A DNA stretch of 64,000 bases from an uncultured Candidatus Saccharibacteria bacterium (lineage in GTDB: Bacteria; Patescibacteriota; Minisyncoccia; Phycocordibacterales; Phycocordibacteraceae): NCBI GenBank assembly GCA_964593365.1, contig CAZQGQ010000001.1, positions 50,153-114,152 of the forward strand. The letters run 5' to 3'. Shown in pieces: positions 17,406 to 27,260 of this stretch. The stretch's first letter is position 1; each line of letters opens with the position of its first letter. The position numbers were made by a program, and so were the translations under genes. Under the pieces are notes generated by a model that ran no database searches, was not told the DNA's origin, and was given only the letters and a program-made list of their open reading frames with translations.

Positions 17406-18935
17406 CTAGCGAGCAAACTCAACGACGCGGTTCTCCCGAATGACGTTCACTTTGATCTCGCCCGGATATTTGAGCTCTTCCTGCACGCGCTTTGCGATAT
17501 CTCGCGCCATCTTGTGCATTGCGAGGTCTGAGACCTTGCCCGGATTCACGAAGATGCGGATCTCGCGTCCTGCGGAGATGGCATATACCTTCTCTACGCC
17601 AGGGAAGCCGCTAGCAATGCGCTCAAGGTCCCCAAGGCGCTCGAGGTAACGCTCGACGGTGTCCCGACGCGCTCCAGGGCGCCCTGCAGAAATTGCGTCT
17701 GCCACCTGTACGATGACGGATTCAGGAGTTTCATACGGATGCTCCTCGTGATGCGACTGCATCGCCTGGATGATGCGCTTATCGACGCCGAACTTCTCCA
17801 GCACGCGGCGGCCGATCTCGACGTGGGTGCCCTGCACCTCGTGATCGATCGCTTTTCCGATGTCATGCAAGAGCGCTCCTGCGCGAGCCACGGCAGCGTC
17901 TGCGCCAAGCTCGTCTGCGAGCATGCCAGCAAGATGCGCCATCTCGATTGAATGCTGGAGCACGTTCTGGCCATAGCTTGTGCGGAAGTGGAGGCGTCCA
18001 AGCAGGGAGATGAGGCGCGGATCAAGGCCCACTAGCCCGATCTCATAGGCTGCCTGCTCTCCGCGCTTCTTCACCGTCTCGTCTACTTCCTTCTTCGCTT
18101 TCTCGACTGCCTCTTCGATCTTTGCTGGCTGGATTCTTCCGTCCTGGATCAATCGCTCAAGCGCGATCTTCGCGATGTGGCGGCGAAGCGGATCAAAGGA
18201 AGAGAGCGTGATCTTCTCAGGCGCGTCATCGATGATGACATCGACCCCGGTCGCGCGCTCAAACGCCTTGATATTACGGCCTTCCTTGCCGATCACCTTA
18301 CCTTTGATCTCTTCCGAAGGAATGCTTATCGAAAGCGACATCACTTCCGCGTTCACAGCGTTTCCAAGGCGATGAATCACCGTTGTAAGCATTGTGCGCG
18401 CTTTTTCCTGCAGGCGTTCTTCGCCATGTGCCTCAAGTTTCTGAAGGCGCGTAAGGATAGCTTCCTCGGTCGCCTCCTCTACTTCTTTCATCAGGCGCTT
18501 CTTGGCCTCGTCCTCTGAAAGGTGCGAGATGCGAGCAAGTTCAGCACGGCGTTCTTTCAAAACGTTCTCAGCATCCTTTTTCAAATTCTGCGCTTCGTTC
18601 TCCCGGGTGCGCACGCGCTCTCCTTCTTCTGCGAGGTTTCGTTCGCGGTCATCAAGAAACTCCTCGCGTTTAGCAAGGCGGTCTTCCGTCTTCTCAAGGC
18701 GCTCTTCGCGCTCGCCAAGCGGGGCAAGGCGGTCTTCTTCAACCGTTTCTGCGCGCGCCTCTGCCTCCTTCACGATCATGTCGGCCTTTTCACGAGCCTC
18801 AAGCAACTTCTGCTTCACTTCCAAATCCAAAGACCCCCGCTGGGAAAGGGAGATGAGCCAGCGAAGTACGTAGCCAAGGGCGATGCCGGCAAGGCCGGAC
18901 ACCGCGAGCAGTATCAATACGAGTTTTATAGACAT
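17406..18935 (-). CDS. rny: Ribonuclease Y
   Basis: 509 aa. N-terminal TM helix, coiled coil, KH domain (KGKVIGKEGRNIKAFE), HD domain (LLHDIGKA). Confidence 0.9.
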   Translation of the reverse strand: MSIKLVLILLAVSGLAGIALGYVLRWLISLSQRGSLDLEVKQKLLEAREKADMIVKEAEARAETVEEDRLAPLGEREERLEKTEDRLAKREEFLDDRERNLAEEGERVRTRENEAQNLKKDAENVLKERRAELARISHLSEDEAKKRLMKEVEEATEEAILTRLQKLEAHGEERLQEKARTMLTTVIHRLGNAVNAEVMSLSISIPSEEIKGKVIGKEGRNIKAFERATGVDVIIDDAPEKITLSSFDPLRRHIAKIALERLIQDGRIQPAKIEEAVEKAKKEVDETVKKRGEQAAYEIGLVGLDPRLISLLGRLHFRTSYGQNVLQHSIEMAHLAGMLADELGADAAVARAGALLHDIGKAIDHEVQGTHVEIGRRVLEKFGVDKRIIQAMQSHHEEHPYETPESVIVQVADAISAGRPGARRDTVERYLERLGDLERIASGFPGVEKVYAISAGREIRIFVNPGKVSDLAMHKMARDIAKRVQEELKYPGEIKVNVIRENRVVEFAR

Positions 18936-19153
18936 AACCTGGATACCCTACTTACACGCGCACGTTTTTAAAACTAACGAAAATCTATTGAATATCAGCG
19001 GAAATGCAGCCGTAAGGACAAGAATCGGTGCTGATTGCGTGAGTATAGCATATTGACGTTTTCTACTCTTCGTAGTCTCGTATTTCCTGCCGGCACGGCG
19101 TAACGCAAACGGACTCCACTCAAGGAGTCCGTGTCGCTTCTTTGGCTGCTTTC

Positions 19154-19759
19154 TTACTTTGCTTTGTAAACGGTATCGATGACTCCGTACTTCTTCGCTT
19201 CGTCTGCGGTCATGAAGTAATCGCGCTCGACATCCTTCTCGATCTTTGCAAGCGGCTGGCCGGTTGATTTCGCGAGGATTTTATTGAGGCGCTCTCTGGT
19301 AGCGATGATGTGCTTTGCCGTGATCTCGATATCAGTTGCCTGGCCCTGAGCACCGCCCCATGGCTGGTGGATCATCACTTCGGAGTTAGGAAGCGCATAG
19401 CGCTTGCCTTTCTCTCCTGCAGCAAGGATGACTGCTGCGGCTGACGCTGCCATACCGACACACACCGTCGAGACATCAGGTTTGATGTGGTTCATCGCAT
19501 CCAGAATCGCGAGTCCTGCGGTCACTGATCCTCCCGGGGAGTTCACATAGAGAGAAATATCCTTCTTAGGATCTTCCGCTTCAAGGAAGAGAAGCTGCGC
19601 GATGATGAGGTTAGCAACATCGTCATCAATTCCTCCGCCAAGGAAGACGATGCGCTCGCGAAGGAGGCGGGAGTAGATATCGTATGCGCGCTCGCCAAAC
19701 TGCGACTTCTCAATAACCATCGGGATAAGCATCGAGGAACGGGGGTATTTCATTTCCAT
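19154..19759 (-). CDS. clpP: ATP-dependent Clp protease proteolytic subunit
   Basis: 201 aa. [29 protein letters not shown]...[11 protein letters not shown]...MIHQP, the S14 catalytic triad context. Confidence 0.9.
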   Translation of the reverse strand: MEMKYPRSSMLIPMVIEKSQFGERAYDIYSRLLRERIVFLGGGIDDDVANLIIAQLLFLEAEDPKKDISLYVNSPGGSVTAGLAILDAMNHIKPDVSTVCVGMAASAAAVILAAGEKGKRYALPNSEVMIHQPWGGAQGQATDIEITAKHIIATRERLNKILAKSTGQPLAKIEKDVERDYFMTADEAKKYGVIDTVYKAK

Positions 19760-19845
19760 AGTCTAGTCATCGTATCAAAAAAGGGGAGAGGAGTAAAAGA
19801 AGCGAGGCGGCGAGGACATGAAAGTCCATCGCCGCCTCACGCCGT

Positions 19846-20157
19846 CTAGGCTTCGTCAGGTCCTCGTTTCTCGGACCGGCCCTGGTTGTAGAAGAACGCG
19901 AGCGCCTCCTCAACCAATTCGCCGATGCCATGGTCGCCGCCGTTTATGTTGAGCGCCTCGATGAGCTTTATGAGCGATTCAATCTCATCTTCATCCATGG
20001 TCTCGATAAGTTTCGAGGCCGGGATGATATCGATGAAGTCGATTTCCTCGTCTGCAAGCTCCGCCGCGAGGCGTTTCTTCGAGTGCCCAGGGTAAAACGA
20101 GACCCGGGTGGCCTTTCCGTCTTTGCCGAGAATGACCATCTGTCCTGAACGTGCCAT
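19846..20157 (-). CDS. Hypothetical acidic protein (103 aa from the internal ATG)
   Basis: I prefer the start at MARSGQMVILGKDGKATRV. The upstream extension of the track ORF (to 20253) is low-complexity and probably not coding. Confidence 0.4.
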   Translation of the reverse strand: MARSGQMVILGKDGKATRVSFYPGHSKKRLAAELADEEIDFIDIIPASKLIETMDEDEIESLIKLIEALNINGGDHGIGELVEEALAFFYNQGRSEKRGPDEA

Positions 20158-20269
20158 GTGTTTGGCTCCTGTGGTTGCCTGTGGCGTGTTGAGACTAAGG
20201 TAGAAGACACGAAGGGTCAAGCAAAACGCCCGCAACGTGTGCGGGCGTTTCATCTATGTATTGTCGCTG

Positions 20270-20467
20270 CTATTCTTGCGTATCAAGTATCTCTTGCTCT
20301 TCTGAAGTGAGATCTCCGTTTTGCGAAATGCGCTCCCCCCATACGTAGAAGGCTCCTACGACAATCAGGATGAGGATGAGCAAAATACCAAGCACGCCGC
20401 CCATCGATGTCTTTGCTTTTGGTGCAGGTGCTGGTGCCTGACTTTCGCTCGGTGTGGTTGGTTCCAT
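20270..20467 (-). CDS. Small single-pass membrane protein
   Basis: 65 aa. Pro/Ala-rich N-terminus, then the TM segment GVLGILLILILIVVGAFYVWG. Confidence 0.4.
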   Translation of the reverse strand: MEPTTPSESQAPAPAPKAKTSMGGVLGILLILILIVVGAFYVWGERISQNGDLTSEEQEILDTQE

Positions 20468-20551
20468 GATCCCTATAGATTACTAGATAAGCGCCGTGTC
20501 TGTCACGCTCCGAGCATCCTTTCACGTCTTAGATGAAGGGCGTATGAGCGT

Positions 20552-21106
20552 CTATGAGCTCTTGTCCGTGGAAGCGAGGTACTTCAAGAGTACTAGCGCG
20601 CTGCGTTCTTCCTGGATAGAGCCGTCGAGACACATCTTCTCTACCGTCGCTCGGTCAAAGGCTTCCACACTTATATCCTCCCCCTCCCCAAGTTCTTGAG
20701 CGGTCTCTTCAAACGCGTCTACTACAAAGTAAAACAAATCCCAGACCACGGTGGTGCCGCAGACCGACCTATGGAAGAACGAAAGCTCTTTCGCATCGAT
20801 GCCAATCTCTTCACGCGCCTCTCGTTTCCCAGCCTCTTTCGCTTCTGCTTGTACATCGAGTCCTCCGGCAAGCGCAGTGGTGTATTCAGTCAGAGTGTCA
20901 AAGACTTTGCCTCCGGGCAGTCGGTAGTCATAGCCGCCTACTTCGTGTCGCTCTTCTTTGGAAAGAAGAATAGTGTCTCCCTTCGGGATAATGAGACGCA
21001 CGCCAGGGCTCCGGCGCGCGCACTCAAATACCATCTGCTTGCCAGCTTGAGTGACGTCGAACTCTACAATCTCAAGTATCTTTCCCTGGTACTTGATCCG
21101 ATCCAT
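20552..21106 (-). CDS. NUDIX hydrolase
   Basis: Nudix box GGKVFDTLTEYTTALAGGLDVQAEAKEAGKREAREEIGI (GX5EX7REUXEEXGU). Confidence 0.7.
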   Translation of the reverse strand: MDRIKYQGKILEIVEFDVTQAGKQMVFECARRSPGVRLIIPKGDTILLSKEERHEVGGYDYRLPGGKVFDTLTEYTTALAGGLDVQAEAKEAGKREAREEIGIDAKELSFFHRSVCGTTVVWDLFYFVVDAFEETAQELGEGEDISVEAFDRATVEKMCLDGSIQEERSALVLLKYLASTDKSS

Positions 21107-21111
21107 GCCGC

Positions 21112-21642
21112 TTATGCGCCTGCCTGCTTCTCGTCGTAGAGCGTTCGTGCGCGATCGAATGCTTCCTGTGCTTCCTTCTTTCCTTTGAATGCTTGGATCA
21201 CGACTTCGTTTCCTTTTCCTTTCAGGTGCTTGTACGTCTCGAAGAAATGCTGGATCTCTTTCAAGGTGTGCTTGTTGATGTCGCTAATATCCTGCACATC
21301 ATCCCAACGCTTGTCGTTCACCGGGACACCGATGATCTTGAAATCATTCTCTCCCGTGTCGATCATTTCCATGAGCGCGACAGGACGCACTTTGACGAGG
21401 ATACCGGGAAGGATAGGGAAGGTCGCAAGCACCAAGACATCGATCGCGTCTCCATCATCCCAATGGGTCTGCGGCACGAAGCCGTACTCGCATGGGTATG
21501 CGGCAGCTGAGTAGTTGGCGCGATCAAGCGCGATCAATCCGGTCTCCTTATCGATTTCGTACTTGTTTGATGAGCCCTTCGGGACTTCGACGATGACGTT
21601 GATCTCATCGCGCGTACCGGGAGCAATGTCGTAGAGTTTCAT
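21112..21642 (-). CDS. ppa: Inorganic pyrophosphatase
   Basis: 176 aa. EVPKGSSNKYEIDKETG...DGDAIDVLV...DTGENDFKIIGV. Confidence 0.9.
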   Translation of the reverse strand: MKLYDIAPGTRDEINVIVEVPKGSSNKYEIDKETGLIALDRANYSAAAYPCEYGFVPQTHWDDGDAIDVLVLATFPILPGILVKVRPVALMEMIDTGENDFKIIGVPVNDKRWDDVQDISDINKHTLKEIQHFFETYKHLKGKGNEVVIQAFKGKKEAQEAFDRARTLYDEKQAGA

Positions 21643-21657
21643 GCTGGTGTAAGGATA

Positions 21658-22992
21658 CTATGCCTCGTCGCGTGATTCTTTGGAATCAACAACTGGCTCG
21701 TTCTCGTCAGTGCGCGTCGTCTCCTCTTCTGCAGAGAGAGTCGTCGGTGCTTCTTTCACCTCCTCCACGATCTCAGACGGAGTCTCAGTTGGAGCAACTC
21801 CTGCCTCAGGGGCAGCGCTGTCTCCTGCGGTCTCGTCTGGGGCTCCGGTTGCGGCAGCTTCCGTCTTCTCGCCTCCTAGGGACATGATGTCGATGTTCCA
21901 GCCGGTAAGCTTTGCGGCAAGGCGGACGTTCTGTCCTCCGCGGCCAATCGCCAATGACTGCTGATCTTCAGAGACGGTCACCGTTGCACGGCGCTCTGCC
22001 TCATCAAGCACGACGTCGATCACCGTTGCAGGCGAAAGGGATTCTTTAACAAAGGCGCTCTGGTCTTCAGACCACTCGATGATGTCGATGCGCTCTCCGC
22101 CGATCTCGCTCATGACGGTCGAGACGCGTACGCCGCGCTGGCCGACAAGGGAACCGACTGGATCTACATGCGGCTCAAGGGAAGCGATCGCGATCTTCGT
22201 GCGGCTTCCAGGCTCTCGCGCGATGTTCTTGACTTCAAGCGCTCCTGAAGCAAGTTCAGGTGCTTCCATCTCAAACAATTTCACGACGAACTTCGGGTTT
22301 GCGCGTGAGAGGCGAAGATAGACGCCACGGAATCCTTCATCCACTGCGCCTAGGTATGCGCGGATGCGCTCTCCTGGTCGGAAGCGCTCTCCAGGAATCT
22401 GTTCCTCGTAAGGAATCACGCCTGTTGCGCGTCCAAGGTCAACGTAGAGCGATCCTCGCTCTGCGCGCTGGACGATACCGGAGACGATCTCTCCGCGCTT
22501 GGTACCGAATTCATCCAAAATAGAAAGCTTTTCCGCCTCGCGGATCTTCTGGATAACGACCTGCTTCGCGGTCTGTGCTGCAATGCGGCCGAAATCATCC
22601 TGCGGCTCAAGCGGGAAGACGAGTTCGCTTCCAAGCTCTGCGTCTCGCTTGATGCGGCGCGCGTCCTCAAGGAGGATGTGCTTCTCAGCGTCATAGCGGG
22701 GGAGTTCTCCCTCAGGAGTTTCCTCTTCGCGGTGCGGGTGAGCAGACTCTTCAATTTCCTCGTCCTCAACAAAGCGCACCATGGTCTCGTCGACGACGGT
22801 CTTTACCTGCTCGAAGGAAATGGTGCCGGTGCCCATATCAAGCTTGGCGCGAACGACCTGCCCGCGCTTGCCGTACTCTTTCTTGTACGCGGTTGCCATC
22901 GCCGCCTCAATGGCGTCGATCATGGTCTCTTTGGTAATGCCTCGTTCTTCGAACTCGCCGAGAACTGATTGGATTGTTTTAAGGTCTAGCAT
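21658..22992 (-). CDS. nusA: Transcription termination/antitermination factor NusA (S1 and KH domains, acidic C-terminal tail)
   Basis: I prefer the ATG at 22992 (MLDLKTIQSVLGEFEERGITKETMIDAIEAAM). The track ORF extends to 23139 with an implausible leader. Confidence 0.85.
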   Translation of the reverse strand: MLDLKTIQSVLGEFEERGITKETMIDAIEAAMATAYKKEYGKRGQVVRAKLDMGTGTISFEQVKTVVDETMVRFVEDEEIEESAHPHREEETPEGELPRYDAEKHILLEDARRIKRDAELGSELVFPLEPQDDFGRIAAQTAKQVVIQKIREAEKLSILDEFGTKRGEIVSGIVQRAERGSLYVDLGRATGVIPYEEQIPGERFRPGERIRAYLGAVDEGFRGVYLRLSRANPKFVVKLFEMEAPELASGALEVKNIAREPGSRTKIAIASLEPHVDPVGSLVGQRGVRVSTVMSEIGGERIDIIEWSEDQSAFVKESLSPATVIDVVLDEAERRATVTVSEDQQSLAIGRGGQNVRLAAKLTGWNIDIMSLGGEKTEAAATGAPDETAGDSAAPEAGVAPTETPSEIVEEVKEAPTTLSAEEETTRTDENEPVVDSKESRDEA

Positions 22993-23158
22993 ATGGAATA
23001 TGTATGTCTCGCTAAAAAGAAATGCCCGCGGGGGCGGACATCTCGGGTAGGGAAAGCTTACTATATAAGGACGAAGTGTCAATGAAGATGGCCTAGATAC
23101 AAGCAGAGCGCAGCCTAAGCCACGCTCTACCCGTTCCATTTCTTTTCGTTTCTTTGGC

Positions 23159-23437
23159 TTACGCCGTGAGGATGGCCCCGCCCATGCAAACCAGGGCGAT
23201 TAGCGCGACGCCCATGGCGGTGACCCAGCCCCACGATTTCATAATCGTGAAGACAGCCACCAGGACGAAGGCGAGGACGCCGAGCAGAACTGCGATGCGG
23301 TACTCGAACCCCGACTCACCCAAAGGCGAGTTGTTGAGGTACTGGCCGAAAAGTGCGACCAGGAGCACCGCGCCACCTGCAAGGACGAGGGAGCCAAATA
23401 CTTTGAAAATACGCGGAACAGGGATGGGGTTAGCCAT
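23159..23437 (-). CDS. Small hydrophobic membrane protein (92 aa)
   Basis: MANPIPVPRIFKVFGSLVLAGGAVLLVALF..., three TM helices. The upstream part of the track ORF (to 23803) is unlikely to be coding. Confidence 0.45.
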   Translation of the reverse strand: MANPIPVPRIFKVFGSLVLAGGAVLLVALFGQYLNNSPLGESGFEYRIAVLLGVLAFVLVAVFTIMKSWGWVTAMGVALIALVCMGGAILTA

Positions 23438-23569
23438 CGTTTCGGGCCTCCTTTCAGGTCCCTTATGCAGCACCATGCGACAACAAGTAGCCGATGTCAA
23501 ATGACTCACTGCTTGCGAATCTCGTACTGGCGGTGTTGTATGAAGAAACGGCCTTGGAGGGGGCCAACC

Positions 23570-23722
23570 ATGAATAGACTCCTCACTGCTCTGCTGCTGT
23601 GCGCGAGCTTGCTCGCTTGCAGTGGCCCAGCTCAAGAAGCGGAAGCAGCACCTGAACCGGCTCAAGTCCAAGACGACGCCCAACCAAAGGGGCCGCGATA
23701 CGGGCACGATTCGGACCTGTAA
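23570..23722 (+). CDS. Putative small lipoprotein (50 aa)
   Basis: MNRLLTALLLCASLLACSGPAQ, a lipobox LLAC-S. Confidence 0.3.
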   Translation: MNRLLTALLLCASLLACSGPAQEAEAAPEPAQVQDDAQPKGPRYGHDSDL

Positions 23723-23844
23723 GTCAGGAAGCTGTGACTGAAAATAGAGCGAAGTGTCCCCGGCTGTAGCGATACACCCGGGGCGCTTTTCTTTTCCACG
23801 CATAGAGCACTATTTATGCATGAGCACGCTATACTTTAGCGAGC

Positions 23845-25596
23845 ATGCAGGTCTCTGAGAAAGAATTGAAGGAATTTATCCTCGACTCGGGGCTCGTCTC
23901 CCGCAAGGATGTCGAGGCCGCAACGGAGGAGGGCGAGAAGCGCAAACAATCGGTGGGCGATATCTTGGTTTCTAACGGATCTCTCACTTCCGACGCACTC
24001 CGCCGCATCAAGGCGTACGTGCTCGGGATCCCGTTCGTGAACCTCAAAGACAAGAAGGTGCCGCTTGATGTGCTCGTACTGATTCCTGAGCCGATCGCGC
24101 GCACGCACAACATCATCGCGTTTCGCAAAGATGAGGGATCGCTCGAGGTCGCGATGCTTGATACGGAAGACCTTCCTGCAATCGACTCGGTCGCGAAGAA
24201 AACGCGTCTCAAGATTCTGCCGCGCCTTACAGACGAAGACTCGATCAAGAACGCGCTCCTGCAATATCAAAAATCACTCAAGGAAGAGTTCGGCGACTTA
24301 ATCGCAACGGAAGCGGGGAAGATTAGTCTCGTGAAAGAAGGTGCGCCAGGAGACGACGCTTCGCACGACGAGCTTAAGAAGATGGCGGAGGACCTGCCGA
24401 TCGTGCGCATCGTCGACACTCTTTTGAAGCACGCGATTACCCAAGGCGCGTCTGATATTCATGTGGAGCCGATGGAGCATGAGACCTTGGTGCGCTACCG
24501 CATCGACGGCATCTTGCACGACGCGATGACCCTTCCCAAGCTCGCGGCTCCTGGGCTTACTGCTCGCATCAAGGTGCTTGCGAACCTGAAGCTTGATGAG
24601 AAGCGCCTTCCTCAGGACGGCCGCTTCAAGATGGAAACGGAAACCGACAAAGTGTCGTTTCGCGTTTCGCTTCTTCCAACCTACTTTGGCGAGAAGATCG
24701 TCATGCGCTTGCTCCGAGAAACAGGAGAAGGCTTCACGCTCGAAGCACTTGGCTTCCATGGCGACGGGCTCGAACATCTGCATAAGGCGACGAAGGCAAC
24801 GACAGGCATCATCCTCATCTCAGGCCCTACGGGTTCCGGAAAGACGACGACCCTCTATACGATTCTCGATATTTTGAATACGCCTGACGTGAACATCTCG
24901 ACGATCGAAGATCCGATCGAATACCAGATGAAGCGCGTCAACCAAACGCAGGTGAATCCTGTGATCGGCTTCACTTTTGCAAACGGCCTTCGCTCGTTAG
25001 TTCGCCAGGACCCGGACATCATCATGGTGGGAGAGATTCGCGACGGAGAAACAGCCTCGCTTGCTATCAACGCGGCGCTTACTGGCCACCTCGTGCTCTC
25101 GACCATTCACACCAACTCAGCTTCAGGCGCCATTCCTCGCCTTATCGACATGGGCGTCGAGCCGTTCCTTCTCGTTTCCACGCTTCGCGTCATCGTAGGA
25201 CAGCGCCTGGTGCGACGTCTCTCAGACAATAAAGAGGAGTACACACTCACCAAGGCCGCCAAGGAAAAGATTGCAGGCGAAGACCATTTTGATGCAGCGC
25301 TCAAAGCGCTTATCGACGAGAAGCTCGTTAAGTCAGGCGGGAAGATCGAATCAGTGCCGTTCCATCATCCGAAAGTGGAAGGGGATGAGGACGGATACAA
25401 GAGCCGTATCGGCATCCATGAAGTGCTCCCGGTTTCCTCAGCGATCAAGGAAACTATTATTAAGGGAGGAACCGCAGACGCTATCGAAGCGCAGGCACGA
25501 AAGGAAGGCATGCTCACCATGCTCGAGGACGGAATCTATAAGAGCGCCAAGGGAGTCACCTCGCTTGAAGAAGTGCTCCGTGCCGTTTCAGAGTAG
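23845..25596 (+). CDS. pilB: Type IV pilus assembly / type II secretion ATPase (GspE/PilB family)
   Basis: 583 aa. N-terminal T2SSE_N domains, Walker A ISGPTGSGKTTTLY, VGEIRD, tetracysteine-free PilB-like C-terminus. Confidence 0.85.
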   Translation: MQVSEKELKEFILDSGLVSRKDVEAATEEGEKRKQSVGDILVSNGSLTSDALRRIKAYVLGIPFVNLKDKKVPLDVLVLIPEPIARTHNIIAFRKDEGSLEVAMLDTEDLPAIDSVAKKTRLKILPRLTDEDSIKNALLQYQKSLKEEFGDLIATEAGKISLVKEGAPGDDASHDELKKMAEDLPIVRIVDTLLKHAITQGASDIHVEPMEHETLVRYRIDGILHDAMTLPKLAAPGLTARIKVLANLKLDEKRLPQDGRFKMETETDKVSFRVSLLPTYFGEKIVMRLLRETGEGFTLEALGFHGDGLEHLHKATKATTGIILISGPTGSGKTTTLYTILDILNTPDVNISTIEDPIEYQMKRVNQTQVNPVIGFTFANGLRSLVRQDPDIIMVGEIRDGETASLAINAALTGHLVLSTIHTNSASGAIPRLIDMGVEPFLLVSTLRVIVGQRLVRRLSDNKEEYTLTKAAKEKIAGEDHFDAALKALIDEKLVKSGGKIESVPFHHPKVEGDEDGYKSRIGIHEVLPVSSAIKETIIKGGTADAIEAQARKEGMLTMLEDGIYKSAKGVTSLEEVLRAVSE

Positions 25597-25664
25597 CATT
25601 GACTTTTCTGTGATTTAGCTTATTATTTATTCGCCGCACCGACGCGGTGTTTTAGGGGGCTGTC

Positions 25665-25928
25665 ATGGCTTTCCGTTCATTGATTCTCGTCACTCTCGCC
25701 GCTATTAGTCTTGCTGCATGTGGTCAAGGTCAGGCTGAAGAGCCTGATCCGCTGGTTGCTGGGACGTATCGGTTCGAAGAAGAGACTTCGCCGGCGGTCG
25801 TGAAGTGGAACAACGGTGTTCTCTTCGCGACCTGCCCGGCGGGCTTTCACTTCGAACCGATGTCGTCTTGGCGCGGACAGCAACGCATGGAATGCAAGGT
25901 GAACCCGGCGCCGAGTGACGGCGAATAA
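25665..25928 (+). CDS. Small lipoprotein
   Basis: MAFRSLILVTLAAISLAACGQG, a lipobox. Confidence 0.45.
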   Translation: MAFRSLILVTLAAISLAACGQGQAEEPDPLVAGTYRFEEETSPAVVKWNNGVLFATCPAGFHFEPMSSWRGQQRMECKVNPAPSDGE

Positions 25929-25943
25929 TCGTCGGCAGGGCCT

Positions 25944-27224
25944 GTGCGCGAATCGACTTCGGTCGAGGAGCGTGCAGGCCTTCGCTATTTGCATGCTAAG
26001 ATTTTGTTAGTGAAATTCCGCGTCACACTCAAGAAAGAAGACGGCAGCGATGAGAAGCGCGTCGTTGAGGCGGCGTCTCGTTTTGCGGTCTATGCCGATA
26101 TGGAAAAGGAAGGAGCAACAGTGCTTGCTCTTGAGGAGGGAGGCAAGGGACTTGCGATGCCCGCTTTTCTTTCAGTGAACATCACAAGTGGCATCAAGAC
26201 CGAGGACAAGATCACGTTCACTAAGAACCTTGCAGCCATGCTTACGGCAGGCCTCACTCTTTCTCGTGCGCTTTCCGTCATCGAGCGGCAGTCCTCCAAG
26301 AAGGGGCTCAAGAAGATCGTCATCGACCTTGAGAGCGAAGTGCGCAAGGGAACCGCGTTCCATGAGGCGCTTGCACGGCACCGGGGCGTCTTCTCGAATA
26401 TTTTCATAGCGATGACCAAGTCCGGAGAAGAATCCGGCACGCTCGCTGATTCGCTTAAAGTGGTCGCCAAGCAGATGGAGCGGGCACACACGCTCTCCAA
26501 GAAGATACGCAGCGCGATGATCTATCCGTCGATCATCATGTTCGCGATCGTCATCATCGGTATTCTCATGATGATCTACGTGGTCCCGACGCTCTCGGCG
26601 ACCTTCAAGGCGCTTGGCGTTGAGCTCCCGGCCGCAACTCGGGCGATTATTGGGACCTCGGACTTCATGGCAAACAACGTGATATTCGTCTTTGGTATCT
26701 TGATTGCGGTGACCGCAGTTCTCTTCTTTTTCCTTCGATCGAAAATTGGCGCAAACCTTGTCTTGATGGCGGCGCTTCGCATGCCCGTTATCGGGAACTT
26801 GGTTCGAGAAACCATGAGCGCGCGCGTCGCTCGTGCTCTTTCCTCGCTCCTCTCATCAGGCGTTGAGATGCTCTCCGCGATTGCCATTGCCGAGGAAGTG
26901 GTTGGAGACAATCCTTTTGGAAAGGTGGTTCGAGAAGCTGGCGTGCGCGTCAAGAAGGGAGAGCCGCTCTCTGCTCCCTTTATGGAAAAGACAAAACTGT
27001 ATCCGGTTCTCGTTGGCGACATGATTGCCGTTGGAGAAGAGACCGGGCGCGTCGCGGAGATGCTTTCGCAGGTTGCCGAATACTATGAAAACGATGTGGA
27101 AGAGGGAACCAAAGACCTCTCGACCATCATCGAACCTATTTTGATGCTCGTTATCGGTGGGGCCGTAGGCGTATTTGCTGTTTCGATGATCTCTCCGATC
27201 TACTCGCTCTCCTCCCACATCTAA
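25944..27224 (+). CDS. pilC: Type IV pilus assembly inner-membrane platform protein (GspF/PilC, two T2SSF domains)
   Basis: Duplicated T2SSF motifs (TFTKNLAAMLTAGLTLSRAL; RVARALSSLLSSGVEMLSAI). The true start is possibly the internal TTG/GTG near 26005-26011 (KFRVTLKKEDGSDEKRVVEA). Confidence 0.8.
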   Translation: MRESTSVEERAGLRYLHAKILLVKFRVTLKKEDGSDEKRVVEAASRFAVYADMEKEGATVLALEEGGKGLAMPAFLSVNITSGIKTEDKITFTKNLAAMLTAGLTLSRALSVIERQSSKKGLKKIVIDLESEVRKGTAFHEALARHRGVFSNIFIAMTKSGEESGTLADSLKVVAKQMERAHTLSKKIRSAMIYPSIIMFAIVIIGILMMIYVVPTLSATFKALGVELPAATRAIIGTSDFMANNVIFVFGILIAVTAVLFFFLRSKIGANLVLMAALRMPVIGNLVRETMSARVARALSSLLSSGVEMLSAIAIAEEVVGDNPFGKVVREAGVRVKKGEPLSAPFMEKTKLYPVLVGDMIAVGEETGRVAEMLSQVAEYYENDVEEGTKDLSTIIEPILMLVIGGAVGVFAVSMISPIYSLSSHI

Positions 27225-27260
27225 GCAGGTACGCAGGTGCGTGGCTGGTAGAATGGTTGC

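Noticed and set aside
17440-18971. Multiple 60-150 aa ORFs on both strands inside rny
   Set aside because: Embedded in a strongly conserved RNase Y frame. Arg/Ser-rich shadow ORFs.
21658-23139. Long N-terminal extensions of nusA (to 23139), sod (to 53540), rpsL (from 59965) and the membrane protein at 23159..23803
   Set aside because: The extensions are compositionally odd and absent from the respective protein families. Internal ATGs give canonical N-termini.
23829-24270. Two minus-strand ORFs of about 140 aa at the start of pilB, and others antisense within pilB and pilC
   Set aside because: Antisense to the well-conserved PilB/PilC frames.
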